Below, piece after piece: positions 8,739 through 18,085 of a stretch of 64,000 nucleotides of DNA. The DNA comes from Candidatus Campbellbacteria bacterium. GTDB taxonomy: Bacteria; Patescibacteriota; Minisyncoccia; Phycocordibacterales; EsbW-18. The stretch's first letter is position 1. Each line of letters begins with the position of its first letter. The DNA lies in assembly GCA_045863475.1 (NCBI GenBank), contig BTUR01000002.1:410-64409 (forward strand), given 5' to 3'. The position numbers were made by a program, and so were the translations under genes. The notes beneath the pieces were generated by a model. That model saw only the letters and a list, made by a program, of their open reading frames with translations. It searched no databases and was not told the origin of the DNA.

Positions 8739-9956
8739 TTATTTTTTGCGGCGGAGGAATGCGGGAATTGCACCCCACTCGTCCTCTTCCTCTTCCACTG
8801 CTTTTGGCTTCAACTCCGTCTTTTCAACAGGTGCTGCCTTTTCGACAACAACCTCCTCCTTCCGCTCTTCTTTCTTCTCCTCCTTCTTTATGTCGCTCGC
8901 GGTTGTTTTTGTGAATGAATTGAAGATTCCTGTCGCTGCAGCTTCTTCTTTTTCCTTTCGCGCCGCTGCGCCGAAGAGTGAAGGTGAAACCGCGTTGCCC
9001 TCCGGGAATCCGGATGCGATGACAGTTACCTTGAGCTCGTTCTTCTTGAGGCGTTCGTCGCGAACCGCACCGAAGATAATCTTTGCTTCCTTGTCCACGT
9101 TTTCGGTGATGATTTTCGCGGCATCCTGGATTTCCATCATCGTGAGATCGTCACCGCCGGCGATTGCAAAGAGTACGCCCTTTGCACCCGATACGGATAC
9201 GTCGAGGAGCGGTGAGTTGATTGCAAGCTGTGCGGCTTCGACTGCACGTCGTTCACCACCGGCAACACCGATACCCATGAGGGCCGAGCCGGTGTTTTGC
9301 AACACAGCGCGAATGTCGGCGAAGTCGAGGTTGATGATACCCGGCATGGTGATGAGGTCAGCAATACCTTCAACTGCCTGGCGGAGCACCTCGTCACACA
9401 ACGCGAATGCGTTGCGGAGCGTCGTGTCTTTCTGGATAACGTTGAATAGTCGATCGTTGGGGATGACGACAAGTGAGTCCACCTCTTTCTTGAGCTCGTC
9501 GATACCCTGTTGGGCGATGCGCTGACGCTGCATACCCTCAAAGGAGAACGGTTTTGTGACGACACCGACAACGAGTGCGCCGAGTTCTCGCGCAACCTGC
9601 GCGACAGTCGCGGATGCACCTGTTCCCGTGCCGCCTCCCATACCGCACGTGATGAACACCATGTCAGCGCCTTTGAGCGCCTCCTGCATTTCTTCTTTTG
9701 TTTCTTCTGCCGCACGTCGTCCGACAGTCGGATCCATACCTGCACCGAGACCCTTCGTCAGGTTCTTGCCGATGTGAATTTTTTTCTTCGCAATCGAGTG
9801 GTGCAAATCCTGCGCATCGGTGTTTATAGAAATGAATTCAACGCCACGCACCTTTTGGTTGATCATGTGGTTGACTGCGTTGAGTCCTGAACCACCAATA
9901 CCAACGACTTTTATTCGGGCAAATGACTCTACTTCCGGTTCTATTTTTGTTGCCAT
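8739..9956 (-). CDS. ftsZ: Cell division protein FtsZ
   Basis: GMGGGTGTG, NLDFAD, C-terminal IPAFLR. Confidence 0.98.
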   Translation of the reverse strand: MATKIEPEVESFARIKVVGIGGSGLNAVNHMINQKVRGVEFISINTDAQDLHHSIAKKKIHIGKNLTKGLGAGMDPTVGRRAAEETKEEMQEALKGADMVFITCGMGGGTGTGASATVAQVARELGALVVGVVTKPFSFEGMQRQRIAQQGIDELKKEVDSLVVIPNDRLFNVIQKDTTLRNAFALCDEVLRQAVEGIADLITMPGIINLDFADIRAVLQNTGSALMGIGVAGGERRAVEAAQLAINSPLLDVSVSGAKGVLFAIAGGDDLTMMEIQDAAKIITENVDKEAKIIFGAVRDERLKKNELKVTVIASGFPEGNAVSPSLFGAAARKEKEEAAATGIFNSFTKTTASDIKKEEKKEERKEEVVVEKAAPVEKTELKPKAVEEEEDEWGAIPAFLRRKK

Positions 9957-10107
9957 ACAGACTAGAGGGAGGCCTGCATCCCGTGCACGCCGCTTAATTA
10001 ACCCCGTAATACTGCCATCGTATCAGATACGGGCGTGTGGTGCTACACCTTTCGCGTCTGGGTGGGGAAATTGACGCGGTGGCACTTCTGTTTCTTAATC
10101 AGCTCCT

Positions 10108-11313
10108 TTACGGGAGTAGTTTTCTAAAAAGATTTCCTAGTGCCGAACCGATACCTTTAAACCCTTTAGAGCCGTTGCCTGAAAGGCTTGAAAGTGCACT
10201 GCCTGCTGAAACATCCGGAGAAAGACCCAACAGTGAGAGTCCGTATGCGACTGTCCATGACGGATCGTACACCTGCCCGTGTGCGGTTGCGTTGACTTCG
10301 ATGACACCGAGACGCGAGGGGAGCGACAAGACGCTGCGCGCAAGTTCTTGTACGCTTTCGGTCTGTGCGCCGCCACCGGTGATGACGATACCCGCGGGCA
10401 GCAGTCCGTTCTTACCGATTTTTTTAAGATGTGTTTCGACGAGGTCAAAGATGTCGCGGAGTCGTGCATTTACGATTTCGTCGAACTTCTTTTTCGGTAC
10501 ATTGATACTGTTCATGTCACCGAGCACCTTTGCTCTCTCCGCATCTTCAAGTGAGACGCGCAACCCGAGCGCAAGATCTTTTGTGATGTCGTGTGCACCG
10601 CGGGGAAATACTTTGAGCGAAATTGGCACATCGTTCTCATAGACGATGAGTGAGATGGTCTCTGCACCGATGTCGACGAGTACACACCCGGCAATACGTT
10701 GTGTCTTTGAGAGTACCGCAACGGCTGACGCAATCGGTGCGGCGACAATCTCACGCACCTCAATATTTGCACTCTCCACTGCATCGATGAGGTCGGCGAG
10801 GTGTTGTTCAAGCGCGGTGACGAATATCGTTTTTACTTCAAGCTTCAATCCTTTCATGCCAAGGACGCGACCGAGCACTTCTTTACCGTCGAGTTTGTAG
10901 GAAAGCGGTATCGTGTGGATCGTTTTGCGGTTGAGTTTTGCCGCGTCGGGGAGCGCTTCTTCGGAGGCTTCAATGGCACGCGAAACATCGAGTTCCGTAA
11001 TCTCGGAGTCAGCGCGCGAAATCATTGCGGTACCGCTCGTGACGAACGCTTCAAGCCCTGTACCGCCGACGGCAAGCATCACGCTCTGAATTGGTGTGCG
11101 TGCGCTCTTCTGTGCGGCAAGGAGCGCTCGCGTGACGTTGCGCGTGACGTTGGTTGCGTCCACGATGTAGCCGTGCCGCAGACCTGTGGATTCCGATTCT
11201 CCGGTACCGATGATGCGCCGAACCGGTCCGCGTTCAGCGCGCGCGTATTCGGAAACGACCGCCCGCACCGTCATTGTGCCGACGTCTAAGCCTGTGGAAA
11301 CTATTCTGCTCAT
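10108..11313 (-). CDS. ftsA: Cell division protein FtsA
   Basis: GLDVGT, VDIGAET, TGGGA actin-fold motifs; upstream of ftsZ. Confidence 0.95.
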   Translation of the reverse strand: MSRIVSTGLDVGTMTVRAVVSEYARAERGPVRRIIGTGESESTGLRHGYIVDATNVTRNVTRALLAAQKSARTPIQSVMLAVGGTGLEAFVTSGTAMISRADSEITELDVSRAIEASEEALPDAAKLNRKTIHTIPLSYKLDGKEVLGRVLGMKGLKLEVKTIFVTALEQHLADLIDAVESANIEVREIVAAPIASAVAVLSKTQRIAGCVLVDIGAETISLIVYENDVPISLKVFPRGAHDITKDLALGLRVSLEDAERAKVLGDMNSINVPKKKFDEIVNARLRDIFDLVETHLKKIGKNGLLPAGIVITGGGAQTESVQELARSVLSLPSRLGVIEVNATAHGQVYDPSWTVAYGLSLLGLSPDVSAGSALSSLSGNGSKGFKGIGSALGNLFRKLLP

Positions 11314-11385
11314 ATTTCAATTTTCAGTATAACAAAAAAGCCCGCACAAAGGCGTTTTTTGGTGGATTGCGCAATGTGGAAAAGA

Positions 11386-11793
11386 TTACCGGCCTGTTTC
11401 TCGGTAAAACTTTTTCATCACCTCGCGCTCCAGGCGCTCCATGCGCGCACCGTGGTCAAGACCTTTGAGGTGCAGGAGTCCGTGTACGAACAGAAAGTAG
11501 ACGTGGCGGTGGGGCGTTGCGTCAAAGAGCGGTGCCTCGCGCATGCACAGCGGTAAGTCGAGGTACAGCTCACCGCTGTTTTTGGAGAGGGGAAAGGAGA
11601 GTACGTTCGTCGGCTTATCTTTTCTGCGGTACGTCCGGTTAAGCGTCCGGGAGCGCGCGTCGCCGACGAAGACAACGGAGAGGTCGTATGAACGACCGAG
11701 CACCGACGTTGCAATACGTTCTAAAAGACGACCCTCTTTCTGAAGGGAAAGAGGGGTCGTGCGTGAAAGTGTCGAGGAAAACGAAACGGTCAT
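11386..11793 (-). CDS. ybeY: rRNA maturation endoribonuclease YbeY
   Basis: LNRTYR.KDKPTNVLSF, HGLLHLKGLDH. Confidence 0.95.
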   Translation of the reverse strand: MTVSFSSTLSRTTPLSLQKEGRLLERIATSVLGRSYDLSVVFVGDARSRTLNRTYRRKDKPTNVLSFPLSKNSGELYLDLPLCMREAPLFDATPHRHVYFLFVHGLLHLKGLDHGARMERLEREVMKKFYRETGR

Positions 11794-11796
11794 GGA

Positions 11797-12024
11797 TTAG
11801 ACGCGATCGAGGTGGCCGAGCTTGAACAGTCGTACGCGGGTCTCTTTCTTCTCAATGGCGCGCAAGCGGTTCTTTTTCGTGACGTACGATGAAAGATCGC
11901 GCTTGTGGTATCGCTTTGAACGGACCTTGCGCAAACCGCCCCATTCATTCACCTTCTGCCGAAAACGGCGAAGGATGCTCATGTTGTTCTCGCGGTCCGA
12001 TCTGGTTATGTGAATATTTGCCAT
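11797..12024 (-). CDS. rpsU: 30S ribosomal protein bS21
   Basis: Basic protein with E…LRRF pattern; start MANI lies 10 nt after TGnTACCAT. Confidence 0.75.
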   Translation of the reverse strand: MANIHITRSDRENNMSILRRFRQKVNEWGGLRKVRSKRYHKRDLSSYVTKKNRLRAIEKKETRVRLFKLGHLDRV

Positions 12025-12066
12025 ACGAGTCGCCATGGTACCACGGCAAAAAAGGGCCTGCAAGGC

Positions 12067-13251
12067 CTAGCCGCGCTTTGCGCGGTCTTTGAGATAGTCA
12101 GGAAGCCGAGAGAGCGGTATAGAATCCTGCTGGTTGGTTGCGATGTGCCGGACGAGTGCTGTGCCGTCGTAGACCTCTTTTTGGCCGATGATGACGATGA
12201 AGGGGGTTCCCAGGAGCCGTGCGCGGTCCATCTGTTCGGCGACGTTGTTTTGGTGCAGTGTCGTGCGGACGCGGATGCGTGCTCGGCGAAGGTTTTCCCC
12301 GATGGCAAGCGTTCTGATTTTCGCCTGCAAACCGACCTGTACGACGAATACGGACGGTGTTTTTGCCGGGCGCTTGTTGATGACGTAGCGTTCGCGGGAC
12401 GAGCGCATTGGCAGTGAGAGCGTTGCCTGAAGTGCGGGGATACTTTTTTTATGACCTATCTTGCGGGAGAGGTGATCGTACCGTTCTCCGTAGGCGAGCG
12501 GTCCGTCCAGATTTTCAGTTTCTCCTGTAGGTGCAAATGAGAATACGGTTCGTGAGGTGTAGTGTTCGGGGCCAACGAGAAACGGGTCAACGTTATACGG
12601 AATCTCAAGTGATTCAAGATACTCAAGCACTTCTTTGAAATGGGCGCGGCTCGGCTCCGACAGATAGTTGAGCGACTGCGGTGCTTCGGTGCGCACCTCG
12701 AGGCATTTGTGGTGCGTGCAACGCAGTGGAGCAAACACGCTTTCTTTGAATGCTTCACGACACGATCCTTCAAGGTCGTTGAGCCGCGGGCGGTAGTATG
12801 CGGCAAGCGCCTGCGCGTATGCGGCGACTGATTCGCGTCCGCCGACGGAGTTGATGGTTGTTGTCAGGTCGCGGTAGCCGTACTCATGCAGGATTGCCTG
12901 CACGGTCTGGAAGAGCAGTCCTTCCGCGGAGCTTTCGCGGTCGCCGATGACCTCAAGACGAAGCTCAAGGTTCTTTTTGTAGGGCGCTTTGCGTGTGTGT
13001 GCAGCCAGAACAACATTACCTTGATGCACATCGTTGGTGACGAAGGTGCGGAGTGCTGCGGCGTGGTGTACCGGGCAGTTGTGCTTCTGCTCACACATCC
13101 TGTCCTCTTTTGAAATGGTAAGCGGACGCGAGAGCGAGAAACCGTAGTAGTCGGCAATCTCAATGGCCCGCTTCAAGTCGCCTTCGTATCCGTATGACGC
13201 ATCCTCAAATGAATGAACACGGCGGCTTTTTAGTTGAGGTGTGTGGTGCAT
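12067..13251 (-). CDS. Degenerate histidyl-tRNA synthetase paralog (HisRS/HisZ-like)
   Basis: Residual LVGPEHYTSRTVF, YGERYD and anticodon-binding domain (IIGQKE); motif 2 eroded. Confidence 0.75.
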   Translation of the reverse strand: MHHTPQLKSRRVHSFEDASYGYEGDLKRAIEIADYYGFSLSRPLTISKEDRMCEQKHNCPVHHAAALRTFVTNDVHQGNVVLAAHTRKAPYKKNLELRLEVIGDRESSAEGLLFQTVQAILHEYGYRDLTTTINSVGGRESVAAYAQALAAYYRPRLNDLEGSCREAFKESVFAPLRCTHHKCLEVRTEAPQSLNYLSEPSRAHFKEVLEYLESLEIPYNVDPFLVGPEHYTSRTVFSFAPTGETENLDGPLAYGERYDHLSRKIGHKKSIPALQATLSLPMRSSRERYVINKRPAKTPSVFVVQVGLQAKIRTLAIGENLRRARIRVRTTLHQNNVAEQMDRARLLGTPFIVIIGQKEVYDGTALVRHIATNQQDSIPLSRLPDYLKDRAKRG

Positions 13252-13267
13252 ACGATAGGTGGATACA

Positions 13268-13906
13268 TTACTCCGTTTCGGTGGCGTCATCGACGAGCAC
13301 GTACTCGTGCTCACCCGGGAACAGTGCCGCTTTTGTTACCGGGAGCAGTCGGACAAGTGCGCGCCCGATGATAAAGTCGCGCTCAAGCGGCCCCCAGACG
13401 CGCGAGTCAGAACTTGCGGGTCGATTGTCTCCCATGACGAAGTATTCGGTGTCATCAAGAACGACGGTCATGTCGCCGAGTGTCGGGTGTGATAGGTATG
13501 TTTCGTCGAGCTTGAAGCCTTCAGGGTTGGCATCGTTTTGTATGATGACCGAACTTGCCGAGACGATGACCCGCTCTCCGGGCAATCCGATGATGCGCTT
13601 GATGAAGAACTTCGTCGGGTCGTTCGGGTACTTGAAAATGACCACATCGCCGCGCGCCGGCTCCTCAAATCGGTATGAAATTTCATCAACAATGAGGTAT
13701 TCGCCGTTTTTAAACGTCGGGTCCATAGAAGATCCCGACACAATGAACGGCTGTGCGATGAAGACGCGAATAGGCAGTACGACGAAGACAGCAATAAGTA
13801 CGAAGCGAATAAGTTCAGAGAAGAAAACACTCGAACCGCTTTTCGCAGGTTGTGGTGATGGCGTCGCTGTAAGTTGTTCGTGCGATTCCATTTTTGTTTG
13901 TGTCAA
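13268..13906 (-). CDS. lepB: Signal peptidase I
   Basis: SGSSMDPT, RGDVVIF, IKRIIGLPGE, GDNRPASSDSR. Confidence 0.95.
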   Translation of the reverse strand: MTQTKMESHEQLTATPSPQPAKSGSSVFFSELIRFVLIAVFVVLPIRVFIAQPFIVSGSSMDPTFKNGEYLIVDEISYRFEEPARGDVVIFKYPNDPTKFFIKRIIGLPGERVIVSASSVIIQNDANPEGFKLDETYLSHPTLGDMTVVLDDTEYFVMGDNRPASSDSRVWGPLERDFIIGRALVRLLPVTKAALFPGEHEYVLVDDATETE

Positions 13907-14010
13907 TTGTATGCGTGCGTTGCTCTTGACGCAAGATTTTTAATCGTGTTGCAACTCTTTTTATGTTTCATTGACGACGGATTCGCGTCTGACTACAATG
14001 ACATGCACAT

Positions 14011-14604
14011 ATGAACTACCTCATTATCGGTTTGGGAAATCCCGGAGAGAACTACGAAGGCACGCGGCACAACGTTGGACGCATGTTTGTTGATTTTGTG
14101 CGCACACAGGAAGATTTTCCGGAGTGGGAGAATGAAAAAAAAGCGGTCGCGCAGCTCTCAAAGGGAAAAATAGGAAAACATGACGTGTTTTTGTCGCTTC
14201 CGGACACCTTTATGAACAAATCAGGGAGCGCGGCGGCGTATCTTGCCCGAGCCAGAAAGGTAAAATCGGAGCACGTCGTCGTCGCGTATGACGACATTGA
14301 TTTGCCGCTCGGCACGCTCAAAATTTCTTTCGACCGCGGATCCGGCGGACATCGCGGACTTGAATCGGTTATCAAGGCGCTGAAGACGCGCGAATTTTTG
14401 CGCGTCCGCTTCGGTATCTCGGGTGCGACACCAAAAGGTAAGACGAAGAAACCGCAGGGAGAAGAGAAGGTGTTGAAGTTCCTGCTCGGTGCATTTAAGA
14501 AAGAGGAACTCACTGCGCTCAAAAAAATATTCAAGAAAGCGCACGAGGCGATTGAGGTTGCTATTACAGAGGGAAGAGAGAAGGCGATGTCGCAATTCAA
14601 TTAG
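14011..14604 (+). CDS. pth: Peptidyl-tRNA hydrolase
   Basis: GLGNPG, TRHNVG, FMNKSG, GSGGHRG. Confidence 0.97.
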   Translation: MNYLIIGLGNPGENYEGTRHNVGRMFVDFVRTQEDFPEWENEKKAVAQLSKGKIGKHDVFLSLPDTFMNKSGSAAAYLARARKVKSEHVVVAYDDIDLPLGTLKISFDRGSGGHRGLESVIKALKTREFLRVRFGISGATPKGKTKKPQGEEKVLKFLLGAFKKEELTALKKIFKKAHEAIEVAITEGREKAMSQFN

Positions 14605-14635
14605 GGAACAGGGACTCGTGAACAGAGGATGGAAA

Positions 14636-14671
14636 ACAAAAACGGTTCGCCAGGGGCGAACCGTTTTTGTT
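14636..14671. terminator. Bidirectional terminator between pth and rpsA
   Basis: ACAAAAACGGTTCGCC-AGG-GGCGAACCGTTTTTGT inverted repeat. Confidence 0.85.
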
Positions 14672-14685
14672 TACTCGAAGCGAAT

Positions 14686-15804
14686 TTACTTCTTTTCGGG
14701 AACGTAGGAGAGCGTCATGCGCTGTTCCTTCGGATCGAAGAGATTAATCTTGAACGTGTATGACTTACCAAGCTCAAGCTGTTCGCGAAGTTTGTCGATA
14801 GATTCAAACTCCGAGACGTGCACCAATCCGGCGACACCTTCTTCAACCGATGCGAGTGCACCGTGCTTGTTGTACTTGATGATGACCGCGGAAACCACGT
14901 CATCCTTCGTGTACTTCTTGCCGGCGGAAACCCACGGGTTTTCCTTGAGTGCCTTGATTGAGAGTGAAATCTTGCCGTCTTTTATCTCAATAATCTTCGC
15001 GCGGACTTTTTCACCGACGGAGAAGATCTTGCGCGGGTCTTCAACGAGACCCCAGTCGAGCTCCGAGATGTGCGCGAGTCCTTCGAGGCCGTCTTCAACT
15101 TTCATGAATACACCGAAGTCCACAATGCCGGTAATTTCACCTTCAACTTCGTCGCCGACACCGTATTTTTCGATGAGTACTTCTTTTTCTTTCTCACCGA
15201 TACCTTTCTCAGAGAAAATGAGTTTTCCTTCCTTCGGGTCTGCAGTGATAATGACGACCGTGAGGAGTTCACCGACGAGTTTTGCCAACTCATCGAAGAT
15301 GCGCTCTTTGTCGCCGCCGTCAACGCGCGGGTAGTGCTCTTTGCCGAGCTGGGATGCCGGCAAGAAGCCCGCAATACCTTGCCACTCGACAATGAGACCG
15401 CCCTTGTTCGCTTCTTTGACAGGAAGGACGAAGGTCTTCTTTTCTTTTACCGCCTTCTCCGCGTCGCTCCAGATGATTGCCTGGCGTGCTTCGCGCAGTG
15501 AGAGTTCGTAATAACCGTCTTCATTGTTCGTCTCGACGATGGTACCCGATACCTCGTCGCCGATGGCGATGTTTTTGATGATGTCACGCGCGTTGTTGTA
15601 CTCGCGTCCGAAGATGATACCCGAGCCGAATGGCGGGATATCAACGATGACTGAGGACTTGTGGAGCGCAATGACGCGTCCTTCCACGATGTCGCCGACG
15701 GAGGGCGGTGTTTTGCTCGCAGCGAGCATCAACCCCATCGGGCTTTGATCTACTGCCGGTGCCTCGTCTGTCGTCTGCTTGTCTTTTGTAATACTTGCTT
15801 CCAT
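14686..15804 (-). CDS. rpsA: 30S ribosomal protein bS1 (four S1 domains)
   Basis: NKGGL, GFLPASQL, FGVF…EGLAHISEL. Confidence 0.95.
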   Translation of the reverse strand: MEASITKDKQTTDEAPAVDQSPMGLMLAASKTPPSVGDIVEGRVIALHKSSVIVDIPPFGSGIIFGREYNNARDIIKNIAIGDEVSGTIVETNNEDGYYELSLREARQAIIWSDAEKAVKEKKTFVLPVKEANKGGLIVEWQGIAGFLPASQLGKEHYPRVDGGDKERIFDELAKLVGELLTVVIITADPKEGKLIFSEKGIGEKEKEVLIEKYGVGDEVEGEITGIVDFGVFMKVEDGLEGLAHISELDWGLVEDPRKIFSVGEKVRAKIIEIKDGKISLSIKALKENPWVSAGKKYTKDDVVSAVIIKYNKHGALASVEEGVAGLVHVSEFESIDKLREQLELGKSYTFKINLFDPKEQRMTLSYVPEKK

Positions 15805-15952
15805 ATATGTTGCGTCTGATACGCAAAAAAGGGCAAAAACCCCCGTGATGACCCGTCATGCGACGGCATCTATTGGTTTTGGTTACTTACTAATGGCCTT
15901 GTCCCCTTATGACAAAGACAGGGAAGAGTATAGCACGCGTATTACCGGAGAT

Positions 15953-16300
15953 TCAACTCTTCGGTTGAGTGACCCCGGCTTCGATTTCTGCATGGCAATT
16001 CTTACAAACAAGGGTGCATTTTTTTGCTTCTTTCACGATGCTTTCCCACGAATAGGAGAGTCCTTTAACACTTAATGCAAATTCCTTCTTTTTTGAATCA
16101 ATATGGTGAAAATCAAGAGCACCAATGTATTTTTTGTATCCGCAAACGGAGCATTTGCCGCCGAATAACTGTACAAGGCGAGCTTTCTTACCTCGCCTGT
16201 TTTTGACGACCCACGCAGACGCACATTTTCCGCAACGGTACGAACCATCGGGTCGAAGGAAATGTTTTGTTGAGCCGTGTTTTCTACAGATTCGATTCAT
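15953..16300 (-). CDS. Small Zn-binding HNH endonuclease
   Basis: CSVCGY…LDFHHID…LVCKNCH; N-terminal C/H zinc finger; AT-rich. Confidence 0.85.
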   Translation of the reverse strand: MNRICRKHGSTKHFLRPDGSYRCGKCASAWVVKNRRGKKARLVQLFGGKCSVCGYKKYIGALDFHHIDSKKKEFALSVKGLSYSWESIVKEAKKCTLVCKNCHAEIEAGVTQPKS

Positions 16301-16381
16301 TGTGCGAACAGTATAACACCACGTGTTAAGGTTGTCTTTTCCCGATAATTCTCTATACTATTTTTAGATGTTCCACAATAT

Positions 16382-16680
16382 TCCGGTGTAGCTCAATGGT
16401 AGAGCAGCGCCCTGTAACACTTGCAGCTTTCTCGAGTAATCGAGATCGAACACGAGGTGAATTCGGTGAAACCCTTCATGTATTTGTGGGGCAATACCGA
16501 GCCAAGCCGCGCACGGCGCGGAAGGTGTAGAGACTATCCCTTCAGGGAGTACTTCTTCGGAAACGAAGCGGGAAGCGCCTCGCCCCCATCATGGTGGGGT
16601 GATGATATAGTCCATACCTGTAGGTAACTACGGGATTCTATGTAAGGCGTTGGTTGTAGGTTCGAATCCTACCACCGGAG
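16382..16680 (+). tRNA. tRNA-Asn(GUU) split by a group I intron (exons 16382-16415 and 16643-16680)
   Basis: Spliced form TCCGGTG…GCGCC-CTGT|TAA-GGCGT…GGTTCGAATCC…CACCGGA-G; G73 discriminator fits Asn. Confidence 0.9.
16416..16642 (+). ncRNA. Group I self-splicing intron, 227 nt, no ORF
   Basis: 5' exon ends in U and intron ends in G; P1 CTGT/GCAG; P4-P6 core GAATTCGGTGAA…AATACCGAGCCAAGC; P7 GACTAT/ATAGTC; P3 CGAGGTG/CGCCTCG. Confidence 0.9.
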
Positions 16681-16688
16681 CTGAGGAT

Positions 16689-16721
16689 AAAGAAAAAGCA
16701 CCCGAACGGGTGTTTTTTCTT
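16689..16721 (+). terminator. Terminator after tRNA-Asn
   Basis: AAGAAAAAGCACCCG-AA-CGGGTGTTTTTTCTT. Confidence 0.75.
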
Positions 16722-17012
16722 TCCATCCGAAGCGAACGGTGGCAATATAGTTATTACCACCGGAGCAAACATAGAATGGTCATAGATATAGAACTGACGT
16801 TGAATAGGTTCGGCTTTGGAAAGATTTCTGAAAATAAATTTCAGTTTCTTTGTTTTAGATTTTCTAAATGGGACATTCCAGATAAATATTCAATCTCTTT
16901 TGAAATAAACTGGCGAGTAAAAGGAAAGGTGTAGCGGTGTTTTCGACAGGGGGTTGGGGGATGAAAAGCCCCGTTTGCTATACTGGTCGAATTATTCGAC
17001 TAGTATAAAAAT

Positions 17013-17306
17013 ATGATTATCGTACACGACACTTTTGTTTGTAAGCCGGGGAATGCTTCAAAAATGGCGAAGTTGTTTAAGGAGGTTATGGAAAATCAAC
17101 CCGGGGTGCTGTATGTCATGACTGATATGACCGGACAGTGGCACAGAGTAATCATGGTAAGCCAGCACGAAAACCTGACTGCGTATGAAAAGAACTGGGA
17201 GAAGCACATGGAGGATACCGAGGAAAACAGAAAGATGGGAGAGAAAATGAAAGAGATCAATAATATGTACGTGTCCGGCTCCCGAGAGATATTTAAGGTT
17301 TGGTAG
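17013..17306 (+). CDS. Hypothetical protein, NIPSNAP/dimeric alpha-beta barrel-like
   Basis: 97 aa, F.CKPG N-terminus and REIF C-terminus; AT-rich patch. Confidence 0.65.
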   Translation: MIIVHDTFVCKPGNASKMAKLFKEVMENQPGVLYVMTDMTGQWHRVIMVSQHENLTAYEKNWEKHMEDTEENRKMGEKMKEINNMYVSGSREIFKVW

Positions 17307-17323
17307 TGCCGCAGAACACCTGT

Positions 17324-17506
17324 ATGAATAAAAAAAGAGCACTTCTCTCCACTCTCGAAATCGTACTGGGGGTGCTCATGATTGTGTACGGCGGATACGA
17401 TGACAGTCCCGGAGCGCAGCTGCTCGGACTCGTGGCGGTTGTTTTCGGTGTCGTGGGTATGGTAAGAAACAGGAAGAAGAACGCTGTTCCACCGATTCAA
17501 AAATAA
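17324..17506 (+). CDS. Small two-TM membrane protein
   Basis: Two hydrophobic helices joined by GGYDDSPGAQ. Confidence 0.7.
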   Translation: MNKKRALLSTLEIVLGVLMIVYGGYDDSPGAQLLGLVAVVFGVVGMVRNRKKNAVPPIQK

Positions 17507-17528
17507 AAAGAGCCCGTACGGGCTCTTT

Positions 17529-17945
17529 TTATTTCCCGTAGCGGTGCTTCTTCGCAATGCACCGACAGCCGTACGGCTTGATGTGTTCGTCAAAATATTC
17601 CTGCTGATAGTCGTACGTGAGTTCTTCACCCGACGCTATCTTTCGCAGTGCAAAAACGTAAATGCGTCCGCGCAGAATGTCGATTTTACAGTTCGGTGTG
17701 CAGGAGTGATTGATGTACCGCGCGATGTTTTTTCTGCTGCTGCCATCTATAAATCGGTTTTTGTTTGTTTCAAATAGGTACTTGCCACCGCGTGCGTCAG
17801 CCTGTGTAAGTGTCAGTACCGGTCCTGTGTATTCAATAACGAACCCGCGCCGCTCAATAGGCGCGTCGGTAAACAATCCCAGGCCACTGACACCGCGTCG
17901 TACACGCAGGGAACGGGTGATATGTCGGTATTTTTTAGGTAACAC
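17529..17945 (-). CDS. SET-domain protein-lysine methyltransferase-like
   Basis: GLGLF, ARYINHSCTPNC, GEELTYDY, post-SET CRC. Confidence 0.93.
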   Translation of the reverse strand: MLPKKYRHITRSLRVRRGVSGLGLFTDAPIERRGFVIEYTGPVLTLTQADARGGKYLFETNKNRFIDGSSRKNIARYINHSCTPNCKIDILRGRIYVFALRKIASGEELTYDYQQEYFDEHIKPYGCRCIAKKHRYGK

Positions 17946-18085
17946 AGACGCCAGTATGCCAGAGTGTCTTTAAAAATAAAGAGAAAAAGCATACCCGCGC
18001 ATTTTTCCACCAGTTATCACCTTTTTTATCCCCACATGGGGCTTTTTTTATTGACACACAACACTCTGCTCGCGACAATGAGTAC

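Noticed and set aside
16382-16420. Reading the tRNA as Tyr(GUA) or Thr(UGU)
   Set aside because: Group I U|…G| boundaries and the G73 discriminator give Asn(GUU).
16421-16627. 68-aa ORF inside the intron
   Set aside because: It overlaps the ribozyme core and has no homing-endonuclease motif.
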